A stretch of DNA of 56,183 nt, counting the filler, from Circinaria calcarea (lineage: Eukaryota): the NCBI GenBank assembly GCA_051942165.1. It is 6 parts of 6 records of this genome, joined end to end, with 100 filler letters (N's around TTAATTAATTAA, not from the genome) between each part and the next. Parts side by side here need not be neighbours in the genome. Positions count along the whole stretch, not along the records: positions 9,400 to 18,691 come from JAVECS010000953.1; positions 18,792 to 28,072 come from JAVECS010000954.1; positions 28,173 to 37,452 come from JAVECS010000955.1; 3 more parts are not named here. One strand, 5' to 3'. Below the pieces are notes generated by a model. It saw nothing but the letters and a program-made list of their open reading frames with translations, searched no databases and was not told the DNA's origin. A program made the translations under genes and the position numbers. Position 1 is the stretch's first letter, and every line of letters starts with the position of its first letter. Of the stretch, positions 18,023 to 30,398 are shown piece after piece.

Positions 18023-18691
18023 TCAACGCTTTCCATACGTGTCCTGACCCTGAAGACCTACAGAACCCAATGGCTCTCCTACACCGCTTCCGTAGGCCGG
18101 TGGAGCTGCATTGCCGTATCCCACCTCGCCATGCCCAGGCTGACCGACTCCCGGTTGACCGGTCCCGGGAAGATTTTGGTTACCGACTTGGCCTTTAGGG
18201 TCCTTTTCCTGCAGCACTTCAGGTGGAATTTGTCCGCCATCACCACCTCCTACCACCAGGTCTCCTCCTCCAGGCATCTTGCCCACAACCATACCTTTGG
18301 CAACAGATTTGATGACCGCCTTGCGAGAGACTCCTGCCGCGTCAATGTAGACCAAACCCACATTCTTTACCCCGCCAGCAAGCTCCGAAGCGACAACTCT
18401 AGCATCACTTCCATACCGATGGCCGACAACCGTGGTCGCGGCTGTCGATCCCGAGGCGAGTAGCTGCCGCGCGCTTTGATCAATACCGTCGGCAATTGTG
18501 GAGAATGCAATCATGGACTTGTTGAGAAGCCCAGGCTTGTAGTCTCCAAGTGGCCGACCATCTTTGTCGTACCCCTTGGCACCCTTCTGCTTCTGCTCGC
18601 CCCGTCGTGTCATACCGGCTCCAATGTTCTGAGCATACTTGTTGACTTGACCGATTGTCTTAGCAGATAATCCAACCGCACCTGCTGTAAG
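18023..18691 (-). CDS. Spartin/senescence-domain protein, C-terminal part; 5' truncated by contig end
   Basis: KPGLLNKSMIAFSTIADGIDQSARQLL...TTVVGHRYG...GGVKNVGLVYIDAAGVSRKAVIKSVAKG is typical of the senescence domain. Confidence 0.8.
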   Translation of the reverse strand, partial: LTAGAVGLSAKTIGQVNKYAQNIGAGMTRRGEQKQKGAKGYDKDGRPLGDYKPGLLNKSMIAFSTIADGIDQSARQLLASGSTAATTVVGHRYGSDARVVASELAGGVKNVGLVYIDAAGVSRKAVIKSVAKGMVVGKMPGGGDLVVGGGDGGQIPPEVLQEKDPKGQVGNQNLPGTGQPGVGQPGHGEVGYGNAAPPAYGSGVGEPLGSVGLQGQDTYGKR

Positions 18692-18791
18692 NNNNNNNNN
18701 NNNNNNNNNNNNNNNNNNNNNNNNNNNNNNNNNNNTTAATTAATTAANNNNNNNNNNNNNNNNNNNNNNNNNNNNNNNNNNNNNNNNNNNN
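18692..18791. other. Artificial contig-joining linker
   Basis: N44-TTAATTAATTAA-N44. Confidence 0.99.
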
Positions 18792-20011
18792 GTGAATCTC
18801 CAGCTGGCTTCCTTGACTTCGCTCCCTGTTGCCGCTGCCATCGAACCATTAGTATGGACGCCTCCTCTGGTTCTCCTGGTGATGTCGTCCAATTCGGCAC
18901 TAATCTCTTCTATTGCAACCGGTGTGCTTCGATGGTCGGGTTTAAGAGATCAGGATGCAAAGGATAAACATGTTGATCGCAGCAAGTCGGCATTCATACA
19001 AACCTCTGCTATGGTTCGGACTCATAATGCAATTACGAGGATCGTCGTGAGGAAGTGCAATTTGGAGTGTGGTTACGGTACATTGATTTGTATTGGGTAG
19101 TTACGAGAAGTACACACTACCGTACGGCACTGAAGCTAGAAAACATCGAAACTTCAAAAAGAGAATAGCCCGGATTTTGAAATGCCCCCAACGAGTCATC
19201 ACGCCTTGCCTGCCTGCATAGCTGTTGGCTATACTTTGGTCATGCCCGATGGCGCAACGGTTGGACGGCATTAGACACTCTCCCTCAGCGATGTATCGTC
19301 ACCTATCCACATCGTCTATTGATCATGCCTTGGGAAACACGAGGAGGATAGTGGAAGGGTGGCAGCAAAAGGTCAGTGCAGGTCTGAATTTTCGTCCAAG
19401 GGAGCTGTCCGGAGTTTATGGAAGAGGATCCAAGTTTGTATTGTCTGTGCGCATGGAGGTCTTCTGCCACTCCACCAAAACCGGTAGCTCTGATATCTTC
19501 CCATTCACTGGATATTGAAGTAGCATTCTCATCTGGCTGTGCATCCATGTTTGCAAATCCCGGCTCCAAGAGCGTATAAGGCTGGATAGCTTGGTGAAAT
19601 GCCGAGGGATCGTTCACGACCGATAGTCACTCTACATAAGCTCTACCTACTCTTGGCCTCCGTAATTGGTCTGGCTCTTACTTCCTACAATTGATACCGA
19701 CGCTCTCCCGCAGCCGAAGTTAGCCCAAACTTTCAGATCGGCGCTAATGGATAGCTAGCCGAAGCCTCTAATGGCGATAACCAATTGTCCCCACACCCCT
19801 CACCAAAATATCATGTAATTCCTCCGTCACATCGTGGCAGATGACGGTATCTGGACGATTCCTCGGAAAGGAAGGGCGGCGAGTACCTTGATCTTGCAAC
19901 GGGCCCGGGAAACCAAAACTGTTAATCAACTCAAGTCGCACTAAGCACCGAGCACGTTTCTGCCCATTCTTCGCGTTACCGTCACCACCACCAGATCTTG
20001 ACGACCTCGTC

Positions 20012-20803
20012 ATGGGCAAACAACCCAACCTGTACGCGTTTGGCGACATCGACGCTTTGGCAGAATCGCTACGGTCCTACGTCCTGCAGTGTCAAACGGC
20101 GGCCCTCAAACGGCATGACGCTTTCAAATTAGCCGTCTCCGGTGGCTCTTTGCCCAACACCCTTGCCAAAGCTCTGCTGGATCCGGGTAATGGGAGCGCC
20201 GAGGATGTGATTGAATTCTCCAAATGGGAGATTTTCTTTGCCGACGAGCGCGCGGTCCCTTTCGATCACAGCGAGAGCAACTACAAGCTCCTCAAGGACG
20301 AATTGCTCGACAAAATTCCAGAGCAACTGGGGACGCCAACCGTACACACCATCGACCTCAACTACCTGGACGATGTACAGGAGATGGCCGACCAGTACCA
20401 GGAAGAACTGTTGCACTCATTCGCCTCCAAGGATAGCGTCAAGACACCCATATTTGATCTCCTCCTTCTCGGCTGTGGACCCGACGGCCATACGTGTTCC
20501 TTATTTCCCAACCATGAGTTACTCCGAGAGTCCTCCGCTTGGGTTGCGGCGATTGAAGACAGTCCCAAACCCCCGGCGAAGCGCATCACCTTGACCTTGC
20601 CGGTGGTCATCCACGGAATCAAAATCGCATTTGTAGCGACCGGGGAAGGGAAGCAAGGCATCCTGAAGAAGATACTGGATACGGAAGAGGGTCGAAGCCT
20701 GCCATGCGGTCTAGTCAATGAGGGAGCCGGCGAGAGGGTCAGTTGGTTCACAGACTCGAAAGCCGTGCAAGGGGTTGGGTTTCCCAAACGAGGGAGTCTG
20801 TAG
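20012..20803 (+). CDS. 6-phosphogluconolactonase (SOL/PGLS family), intronless
   Basis: AVSGGSLP, WEIFFADERAVP, DLLLLGCGPDGHTCSLFP, DSPKPPAKRITLTLPV. Confidence 0.95.
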   Translation: MGKQPNLYAFGDIDALAESLRSYVLQCQTAALKRHDAFKLAVSGGSLPNTLAKALLDPGNGSAEDVIEFSKWEIFFADERAVPFDHSESNYKLLKDELLDKIPEQLGTPTVHTIDLNYLDDVQEMADQYQEELLHSFASKDSVKTPIFDLLLLGCGPDGHTCSLFPNHELLRESSAWVAAIEDSPKPPAKRITLTLPVVIHGIKIAFVATGEGKQGILKKILDTEEGRSLPCGLVNEGAGERVSWFTDSKAVQGVGFPKRGSL

Positions 20804-22668
20804 ATATTTGGATGGGAGGATGGATGACATTTTGAGGACCATCGATCGATAAAATTGATGTTTGGCCTCTTAGTGACCCTATTTTAAGAGGGAATGGCGT
20901 TGCAATCGGACCTGGATTGATGGGACCACCATGGCGCAAAGTCTCAATCCTGGACTGGTCGTGGGATAGGCCTAGCAAACACATTCCTTCGCTTGATTTC
21001 ATACATGTCACACATACTGTTGCAGAAAAAGAATGATCCGATGCAGGAGGACAGGCATCGTGTGCATGACACGCATGTCATATTGACGGTTGCCGCACAC
21101 CCATATAGAATCGAAAGGCAGTCATCGGAGGGCGCCTGAAAGGGCCTTGCAGATGCGCAGTGCATGGCCGCATTAGACGTTCTCCGTGCTTCCTTCCACA
21201 CTTTCTCCATTTCTCCATCACTCCGCCGCCTGACCTGGTTTAGCTGAATGTCGTTGCTGGGCCTTACCATGGTAGTGGCTACCCATTCAGATAAATCTTC
21301 TTGGGCGGACTGACTTTCCCGACAGCCACCTAATGCATGCCATGCTATAACCATTGCCTTGCAACGGCGGATAACCTGCCTTTTGTGCTTTGGGTAGAGA
21401 TCGGTCTCCTGCGGTGCCTACGCCGCACAATCCCCGTCTGAGCAACCACTGCCTCAGTCCACCACGACATGCCCCCATCGCGTTTATTACCGATCAGGGC
21501 TGACTGCACCGATCGGCAGAACTTCTGCCACAGTATTCTGAGGGGTCTCCTTGTTCTAATTTGGTGCTTTCGTACCTGATTACATGGGCTTTGCACCTTG
21601 ACCTTTAACATGTCAACCCGCTCATTCATTTGCGACAGTTCAGTACCCTGAGTACCTTTTCCTCATTACTTGCACTTTCGCCCGAAATAAAACCGTACGC
21701 TTTCACCATGTGTCTTGCTTCGCTTGGTAGATTCTGCTGATATGGCAGAACTATGATGATTTTCGGCATCCTGTCACATGGACATAGTCCTTCTTGCATG
21801 AGTCGGTCCTTGATATGTCTCAAATTTGCGTCCCAAGCCGGGATTGACCTAAACTCCTACTGCAGCATCCCACAAATAGCAGTTTTCTCAAACATGCACC
21901 AGTAACTGGGCTTTCATCTATGCCGGTTCAAGCATGTTCACCGTACACACATAGCTTTTTGACATGAACTGACAGCTGCTGGCTTCTTTGCTGCTTCAGT
22001 GGCATTCGATCCAGGATGGGAAGGATCTGCGTAGACGTCGGTGCAGGAAACGGAGGTCTTTGGATTCAAAACGATTCGCAACTAAAAGATTTAGGCACTA
22101 ACGGCAGTCACGGGCCTTCGTGTACATCCTCACACGTCAACTGTGTGACTCGACGTAACGGTTCCTTGGTTCTATATGTTTGTTTTCGACTACCTGTGAC
22201 TCCCTATTGGCTGACATACAAAGCCGTGGTTGTTGCTTCGAGCGACGAAGGCCAAGCAAATACTTATTCCGTTAGTCGTTCATCTTAATTCACCGATTAA
22301 CCTTGGGTTATGACTTCCGTGCCGTATGCAGATTCAGGGCAATGTTCATTTATGACTCAGATCCTTTTGCTACCAGTACTGTGTGTACGATCGAAAGACC
22401 CATAGGGAATATCGTTCCTATGCCAAATAAATGTAGTCCGACTCTAATACAAATACCACAAACTGCCTTCTCTTCTCGGGTCATTCATTCCCCGCGTCAG
22501 CCGTAAAAGAAGTTGAACTGAGATCTGATCAGGTAACGGCCTTCAAAGACCTTTTTGACTGGCATTCTTTGAGAGATACTCGCTGGACAAGTTCGATACC
22601 TGCAAGGCCCTATTCGAGCCAGGAAAGATACAAACACGACACTCCTTTCAACATCAAGAATATCTGTC

Positions 22669-24224
22669 ATGCTGAGTCCAGAACGGGCTGCCGTGGCTAG
22701 GTCCTTGGGATATCTGGAACGAGCTACCGCAGACAGGTCTCCAGATTATCAAGTTGTCATTTCCGGAGTGAGCTATTAATCCGAACAAGACAAACGGAGA
22801 CAGCCACTAATGACACTAACAGACTCCTGACCTACCATTGAATTTCAATCGTCCTGATCCGTGGAAGCCTGTTAAAGATCTAGAACGTAATATTTTGTCG
22901 TCAGGCGAGGCGCTTGGACACGTTAATATCCTTAGCGGTAATGGGATTAAAAGACATGCCTTTTGTCATGTTAAATCAAAGGAAGCAGCTCTCAAGATTA
23001 TGGGTAAGCAATCCCAGGCAACATCTTAACGTGACTAAAACTTTCCCAGACCATGTGGCAGGTAATACGTGGTTTGGATCTCGATTAGACGTCATGGTCT
23101 TTGAGAATGGAAACACACCAATGCAAGCTATTGGATGGAGGAACATATCTTCATGGCCTCACCCACTACCTCTGGATGAGCTCTATCCAACCAAGGACCT
23201 TGTTTCCATTAGCCCGGTTGCTTATGCTTCGTCCATGTCTTCACCGCCTGTGGGCAACGGTTCTTATTCAGGTGGTAGAGGTAGTATTGGGCGCCCAAGA
23301 GTATTTTCAATGCCCGGGGGTGGATCAATTACGAATTCATACCATGCACCTTTGACGACTGGGCTATCCCTCCCAACCGATTTCGCATTGTTTGATTCGC
23401 TATGCCCGCCAAACTGGTGGCAACCACTGCAGGATCAAACCCAAGGTGTATTTGGCCTTCAACCATGGGTATGGCCCTATCAAAACTACTCGGCTCCAGT
23501 CCAAGCTCCTCAGGGTCCAAGATTGATTCCAATGCCGTATCATATAAATCATTTCGTTCCTCAACCTTCACATCAGTCCCCTTTGCCTGCTAATTATCCT
23601 CTGCAACTGGTACAAAATAGCCCCAACTGTGATCCTCCTAGGTACCACGCTAATTCCAACGGACTTCCCGTCAACATCACTCGTGGCTCTGTTCCCGTTC
23701 AGCCACATGGTATCCATGTTAGGAATCTGCATCACGACGTTACGCCGGAAGATGTGGAATGCTACTTTCGTCCAGCGGGTGAAATAGAGCAATGCGAGGT
23801 CAAGAGGAACAGGAACACCAAGCAGACCACTGCTGTGGTTAGCTTTCGTACTTCACGTCAAGCGCAAACCGCGGTAGTTAGGTTCCACAATACCAACTTC
23901 ATGGGCCGAAAGATTGGTGTCAAGGCAGATAATGATACTGTAGCCCCAGATGCCGTCCGGGGCATTACTAATCCAACGAGATCACTGCACTCATCGCCGG
24001 AGTTGCCTTCTCGGCAGGGTCCAATAATCGTCAATGGGGATGACTTTAGTCTTGAAGCAGCGCCATCGTCAGTTAGCAAAAGCTCGGGAATGGGAAAAGG
24101 AAGAGATCAAAAGAACGGTAATTGTATCGCGTTCGAGTGGTGATATTTGTTACTGACAATGGCAGAGAATGAAGATGTTAAGGCCCTCACAAAGAAAACT
24201 AGGAAATTGAAGCTATCAAATTAA
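22669..24224 (+). CDS. RNA-binding protein with two RRM domains (first one divergent); about 4 exons
   Basis: Spliced RRM1 (YQVVISG|TPDLP...WKPVKDL...AFCHVKSKEAALKIM|DHVAGNTWFGSRLDV), Pro-rich linker, and RRM2 (GIHVRNLHHDVTPEDV...AVVSFRTSRQAQTAVVRFHNTNFMGRKIGV). Donors GTGAGC, GTAAGC, GTAATT; exact start uncertain. Confidence 0.7.
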
Positions 24225-25022
24225 ACGCAACTTGAGCGCGTTTACCTCTTTTAAGGTGCTCGGCAACGGGGAATGCATTTCTCATCGGTTCATGATGATT
24301 TGAGACATAGCCTGCTCCACTCTGTGATAATGTCATAGCCAAAAGTGGTTTCATATTTTAATCTTCAACAATGAGATTTTTCCCCCAATCAGAATGTGAA
24401 AGTAGGTTATTACTCGAAGGTCGTGTATGAAAGGATTGCCCCCACAACCCGAAACATTAGTGCAAGTCGCGCTTAGGAGTTTAGCGAGAAAAGCCGCGAT
24501 TTCTCTCTTCTGCAACTTTTGCCGACTTAAGGTCATCGCACCCTCGGCTCCACCCTTTGGAAATAAATGCATAAGCCCGGAGACTACTTTTTACCTTTGA
24601 ACTGCAAGACAGACTATGCTGCAGGGAGATTCATGACCGTTATTGTGATGGTCTGCGAATGGTGTGAGATCGCCAGGGAGTGAGTTGCTCTTGCAGTTTA
24701 CATCTTGACTGGACTGCACTTGGGACGGCTCGGCGAGACGAGGCTCAAGGCGACAGAGAAGTGGTAACATTCGACACATTGTGTCGGATCTGTCTGCTGT
24801 TCGTCATATGGTAGCACGGCAATCACCCTTTCAGTCCCAGCCGCTTCAGTTTCAGGTGAACTCGAACTGTCGTACAAGTGCTCGCAACAAGCCCTTGGTT
24901 TCTTGAATCAATTATATCTGTTGCACTACGAGCAGACCTGAAGATTCTACTACCTTCACTGCCATAAAGAAATATTAGCTCAGCTCCAGGCTAATTCTTT
25001 CCATAAACAAAGACGCAAAATC

Positions 25023-27440
25023 ATGCAGTCAGCCGAACCGCAGTGGGGAGGTGGCGGTGGAGGTACGAGCAGGCAGCACCGTGGGGGAAAGGGCAAGAGA
25101 CGGCAGTGGAACCCTTTCAAGCCTCGCGGTGGAGGAAACTTCAGTGGTGGAGGCTCTCGAGGACCCCGAGGCGCCCCGTGTGCCCCGCGTGCAATGTCTG
25201 GAAAGCTTGCGAGACCATCTTCCTTCCAAACACCTTCGAGACCCCCTGCAGATCACCAAGAGCAGAGTCATGACCGAGTTAGAGATCCCTTTGACGTTGC
25301 GAACGCATCCCCAAGACAGCCAAAACCGAGATCGCCCAGACCGCTGCCGGCTGATCATCCTCTGATGATCGAAATGGCGGAACTTACAGTTACCAGAGAG
25401 CGTCGGAGATTGTACTGGGCTGGCCTGGCTAATGAACTTGACGAGGAATGGAGAAACCCGGCTGGTCTTGACCGGCAGAATTGGCAAGAGGAGGAGAGGC
25501 TCGCTGATAAGAAGTACGCCGAATTGGCCGGGCAGATAATGCTTGCTGAGAGAAGTTTACCTATCATTGGAGCATCGCAGGTCTCGGACATTGGACAGCA
25601 TGATCCTAACTTAGGTAACCCCTTTGATGATAAGAAAGCCGATCGTGGATCAAGAGACGGTAAACCATATCGCAGTTACGTCAAGCCTAGGGAAACCGTG
25701 GTATGGAGTGATGAGAAGAAATTAAGCGCCGTGGATAAGTGGATGGAGGATATGGGGGCCACAGCACCGCTTGCCCGTGTTGAATCCCTCTTCATTGGTG
25801 ACAGCGATTCTAGTAATGGAGCCATGTCTCCGAAGCATGTTGAAGAATGGATTGACCAGGGAATAGTAGGAAGTGAAATCGGCCCACACCACAGTCTGGA
25901 GCCTAACAGTTTCTTATTAGGGGGCTATTCTACGAAGCCTCTAGTACCAGAACATCATATCGAGTCTTTCATTGACAATGGTGTGAAAAGAATATGGACG
26001 AGTGAAGATGAGGCGGCATACGAAGAGGCCGAAGCAGAGAGGGAATTGCAAAGGCTGGAGGCGGGCGCTTCGAGTAATAGAACAGCGGATGACATAGCTA
26101 CGTCCGAAGAAGCTGAAACAGAGAGAGAAGAGCAAAGGCTGCATGTAGGCTTCGACCAGGGTACAGTGAGCGACAGAACTATCTTACTTGCAACGAATTC
26201 CCAATCAACAAGACAAGATACTGCCCATGACAATGAATCACCACACAAGCATTGCGCCACTTCACTTTCCACCGTTATGAGAGCCGAAATCGATCTGGTG
26301 GATGAATCCACACCAGGTAGTCATTTCGAGTTGGCTTTAATTCCTAGCACCGAGAGACCTTTTATTGAACAACCAAGTAACTTGGACTATGTCAATTGTC
26401 AACACATCCCGGGCCCAACAAACATTATGCCTGCTGGTCCCGCCCAAAATGCCAAAGCTCCTTCAAGTATACCTTCCGACACCAAACCAGAAGGCACACA
26501 AGCTGGCCGAGACATGTTCGCGGCTTTACTTGAAGAACTGGACAGATCCGACTCTTCAGATTCAGAGCTAGAACCGGAGCCAGAGTCGGAGCAGCAGTCT
26601 CTCATGCCGCTAGTTACACAGCATGATATGTTTCTAGCCGAGCAACAAGCGCTTGCAATAGCAGCTTTTCGTGGCCTGCAAGAGCAAGGGCTAATAGGAA
26701 GGAGTGAATCGGCTGGATTAGCGGATGCCACAAATACAGAATTGCAGCCAAATAGTACTTCGACGAATGGGGTACCTCCAATGGTGAAGGACCCTGGAAC
26801 AGATTTGGAATTGCAGAGATCCAGATTCGAGGGCATGACTGTCGCCACCGACGAGATCAGCAAAACCAGTACGGAGTCCGTCTCGGAACGAGCTGAATGG
26901 ATGGATATAGACGATGCTGCTGTGGAAGTCGTCAATCTACAGAATGCAGCTGAGTCGGACTCCGAGCTTGAGAGCTCCGACTACACCATTCATGAACCTG
27001 CAACGGATGCCATGAAGTTTTATCGACCGAGGGTCAAGCCGGCAGCCATGCAGTCAATTCAGAGATCCTCTGCTCCTGGGATCCGAAGTAAGACGGCAGA
27101 GTCGGCAAAGCTCGATCCCGGTAGCAATGATGACGGTTATCCCTGTGAAAGCGAATCAGGTTCTGACGATACCATAGGATACGAAAGAGTACCAGAGGTC
27201 CGCCGAGGGCAAAGGTCGACCTCGGCATTTGAGAGGAGCAAATCCACTTCAGCGATGAGCAAGCAAAGACGGCTGTCAAAGATCTGGACGTTGGAGAACA
27301 AGTTGCGAAAAATCGGAAAATATAAGGCGAGAAGGGATGCGGGCAAGGAGATTCCCTTTGCGCATACCCGGATGATCAATAGGGAAGAGGATTTCACATT
27401 GGATCTGGAAGTTCTGAGGGCTTGGGGTAACTCGGGGTAA
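25023..27440 (+). CDS. Hypothetical 805-aa mostly disordered protein with Gly/Arg-rich N-terminus and a C-terminal basic helical hairpin
   Basis: Uninterrupted 2.4-kb ORF with ATG in A-rich context; acidic low-complexity middle. Confidence 0.7.
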   Translation: MQSAEPQWGGGGGGTSRQHRGGKGKRRQWNPFKPRGGGNFSGGGSRGPRGAPCAPRAMSGKLARPSSFQTPSRPPADHQEQSHDRVRDPFDVANASPRQPKPRSPRPLPADHPLMIEMAELTVTRERRRLYWAGLANELDEEWRNPAGLDRQNWQEEERLADKKYAELAGQIMLAERSLPIIGASQVSDIGQHDPNLGNPFDDKKADRGSRDGKPYRSYVKPRETVVWSDEKKLSAVDKWMEDMGATAPLARVESLFIGDSDSSNGAMSPKHVEEWIDQGIVGSEIGPHHSLEPNSFLLGGYSTKPLVPEHHIESFIDNGVKRIWTSEDEAAYEEAEAERELQRLEAGASSNRTADDIATSEEAETEREEQRLHVGFDQGTVSDRTILLATNSQSTRQDTAHDNESPHKHCATSLSTVMRAEIDLVDESTPGSHFELALIPSTERPFIEQPSNLDYVNCQHIPGPTNIMPAGPAQNAKAPSSIPSDTKPEGTQAGRDMFAALLEELDRSDSSDSELEPEPESEQQSLMPLVTQHDMFLAEQQALAIAAFRGLQEQGLIGRSESAGLADATNTELQPNSTSTNGVPPMVKDPGTDLELQRSRFEGMTVATDEISKTSTESVSERAEWMDIDDAAVEVVNLQNAAESDSELESSDYTIHEPATDAMKFYRPRVKPAAMQSIQRSSAPGIRSKTAESAKLDPGSNDDGYPCESESGSDDTIGYERVPEVRRGQRSTSAFERSKSTSAMSKQRRLSKIWTLENKLRKIGKYKARRDAGKEIPFAHTRMINREEDFTLDLEVLRAWGNSG

Positions 27441-27878
27441 AGCGGCTCTTTGAAGGGGATGACCTATATACAGATGGAAAAGACCTGAGAGGTATCGGGA
27501 CCTTGAAATAGATAATTTGCGCAGTTGGTCGCTTGCATTTGCACTTGCACCATCCCGCCCTGCCGTTGTTGGGGTCTGTAAAAGAGCAGCAGGTAGCACA
27601 TTTAGCTGATTGCGTTCGCGCCGTGGATGCAACTTTGTGTGTCTCCTTGGTAAAGGCTAAACGGAGCCATGTGGGTTCCAACCCAAACGTCCATAGGTTC
27701 CGATAAATAGAAAATAAATGTACTCCTACATCTGGGTATCACAATTGCTTTTCTCCTCCTTCCCATTTGGGGTCCCCCTTTATATTGCACATCCTTCACA
27801 ACCCCCTTTTCCCCTTCTCTCCCCGTCAACATTTCATGCACGCTTCATCCCCTAAACGCGCCCGCCCCCCCCCGTCCA

Positions 27879-28058
27879 TTAAGCCTTCTTCTTCCCCTTG
27901 CCCTTCAACAGCTTCTTCCGGTTACTCCGGATCATGACGACGCTCAGGAAGCTGCCGACCACGGCGGAGCCGAGGAGGATCAGGATGACGGGGATCCGGA
28001 TGGCCCAGACGCGCGGGGGGAAGAGGCGGTGCAGGGGGTGATCGGTGTCGACGAAGGG
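27879..28058 (-). CDS. DPM2: Dolichol-phosphate mannose synthase subunit 2, last exon only
   Basis: After a TAG acceptor: PFVDTDHPLHRLFPPRVWAIRIPVILILLGSAVVGSFLSVVMIRSNRKK...stop. Not in the ORF track. Confidence 0.88.
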   Translation of the reverse strand, partial: PFVDTDHPLHRLFPPRVWAIRIPVILILLGSAVVGSFLSVVMIRSNRKKLLKGKGKKKA

Positions 28059-28072
28059 CTAGAGGGAAGGGG

Positions 28073-28172
28073 NNNNNNNNNNNNNNNNNNNNNNNNNNNN
28101 NNNNNNNNNNNNNNNNTTAATTAATTAANNNNNNNNNNNNNNNNNNNNNNNNNNNNNNNNNNNNNNNNNNNN
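28073..28172. other. Artificial contig-joining linker
   Basis: N44-TTAATTAATTAA-N44. Confidence 0.99.
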
Positions 28173-29890
28173 GGGGTGTTGAGAACCTTGGGAATAGCCT
28201 TACCAGAAAGCGAATACTCCCTCTTCGAACCAGTAACGCAGAAGATGATGCAAACAATAATAATGCTTTTGAAGCGTACGAGTCACACAAGAAGTTGTTT
28301 CAGGAGGCCTACAGCAATTATATTTAATGTAATACGCTTCGACCCAAAATTACCCGTGCTACTGGACAGCATTTCGCCAATGACATGGGACCGTTCTTTG
28401 AGACTCAGATTTCAAATTTCATACCAGACCATAACCGAAAAGAGTGAAGAGAGACCAGGAGGAGGATATATAAGGATACAATAGTTTGGCTCTTGTCATA
28501 AAATCTCACAAACTTGCGAGGAGATGTACCTTCAATTGTGAAATGATTTCATGAAGTCATAGAACAATGAATAATCCCGGGCATACTGCGTTTAAGGGCG
28601 AGGCTGTGGCCTCATAGAACGTGCTGTTATACCATGACAGCAATAAACGTGGTATCAGGCCGAGCGACTTTGAAAGATGACATTATTCTCACCACATACG
28701 GCACTGATGGTAGGTCGTGTAGGTCTAGCGAGAAAAGAGCGAGCGCGTATATATAGAGAGAAAGTCGTAGTAGATAAAGCGAGTAAACAAGCGCATTCAC
28801 ATCGCATCATTAGGAAGGAAGATGGGACAGTACTAAATGTGCCTCTGGTATCTACAGTCCAAATGTGCCGCTTGTGATTATGGAATGGCAACGTTAAGCA
28901 ACGTTAGAATAAGTTCTTATATCTAGGTTAGGAGAGGAAATACTGGCCAAGGGTAAGGTCAAAGAGGGCAAAGGGAACGGTGATCGTCTTATACTCAGAT
29001 AATAGGAGAAGCGTACCAATTGCATCCAGGCATGGAAGAGGGTTGACAAAGGCCCAGGGGAGATTAGAATTTATAAAAAATGGCAAAGAGCGGTGGCTCA
29101 AGATCGCTGCTTGACAAAATTGTCTATATATTTCAAATAAGGGAGGAGTATCTATGTTGGTCGTATGTAATGACCGGGTTATAAGAGATGTCAATGCCTC
29201 ATGGCCGTATATGGATTACCAATAGCTGGACAAGGAATGAACAGACCTGAAGCACTTACCTCTGTCCATCGCCACCATTTGCCAATCGCCATAGGAGCAG
29301 CTATATCTGATCAGCGCAAGTTGCCTTGCGTATACCATGTTAATAGAGCCGCTTATTTACTCCTTCTCGCAATAGAAGACGCCAAGAAGAACTTAAAGGA
29401 AGTGCAATCTACTTTACTTTGTTGCAGCTCAGAAGTACAAAAATATTGCCTTGGATGTTCTGGTCTCTGATCTGGTGGATGTGCTACGACATCTTCAACT
29501 AGGCGGTTGAAATTCATAATCTCTTTCTAAGTAGGGAAATTCGAGCGCTCAAGTCTAAATGGCCTAATGCGAAAGCATTAGATGTTATTCACGAAGCCAA
29601 GCAACAGATTGCGGAGTTGGCAAATCTTTAGAGGAAGCCAGGGGTAAAAGACCCCAAAAACAATGCCGACACAATGGACTTTCTTACGCGACTCGATGTC
29701 GGGACTCATATGACGAAGAGAGCAAATATAAGTCAACAGATTGATAACATTACAAAAGAGTGTTTTATAAATTATATGCAATAGTTAAAACGATTACCCC
29801 AGACTTGGGTCGATTGGAGTGACAAGCTGTTAGCTGACTTCGAGGAAGAACAAGAACATTGTCATGGAGAATGTCAAACAGATCTGTGAT
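28173..29890 (+). pseudogene. Decayed coding sequence of unknown identity, RIP-like
   Basis: Protein-like reading (AFEAYESHKKLFQEAYSNYI*CNTLRP...; VEIHNLFLSREIRALKSKWPNAKALDVIHEAKQQIAELANL*RKP...) broken by isolated TAA/TGA/TAG codons, e.g. 28325, 28445, 28499; AT-rich. Confidence 0.5.
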
Positions 29891-30398
29891 GCTACGGATG
29901 AGGTGGTAGAATGAGGTGGGTAATGGTCATCACACGGTTCGAGAAATGCTGGAAGAGAGGAGAAGTAAGGAGATTGAAGGCTATGTAATGCATTGAAGGG
30001 GTAGCTACCTGCAAGATCTGTCACTTGGATTTGTATTGAAGTTGGCTGCTCTGCGGTTGTATAAGAGGTCGGTAGGATATTATATGCTAGCGCATATGGT
30101 TTAAGGAGAGAACATTGAACAGTGCAGTGTTGTATACCTCAGATAGGACAGTTAGGCGAGGATATAGGCTACAGAGAACCGACGAAGGCGGGAGAGGCTC
30201 ACGCAGAAATCATTAAATTTGCACCTCTGGTGATCAGTAGATTAAAAGATCCATCACTTGACGGCTTTCTGAATGTGCACCCTATGTAGCCGAGGAGTTG
30301 CCACACGATACCAGCCCCACGGGTATCGCATAAAAACCGTCAACGCCGGTCTATCCATCCAAGCGTTGTTCAAGACCGCTTTGGGAATGCCGTCAACG

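Noticed and set aside
18792..19617. Possible 5' end of a minus-strand gene (..MAAATGSEVKEASWRF at the contig edge; faint resemblance to the Cdc55 WKFTQ start) and ORF 19303-19617
   Set aside because: Too little sequence before the linker to support an identity.
20944..22506. Several 60-136 aa ORFs between the lactonase and the RRM gene
   Set aside because: No motifs or coherent exon chain; probably UTR or intergenic.
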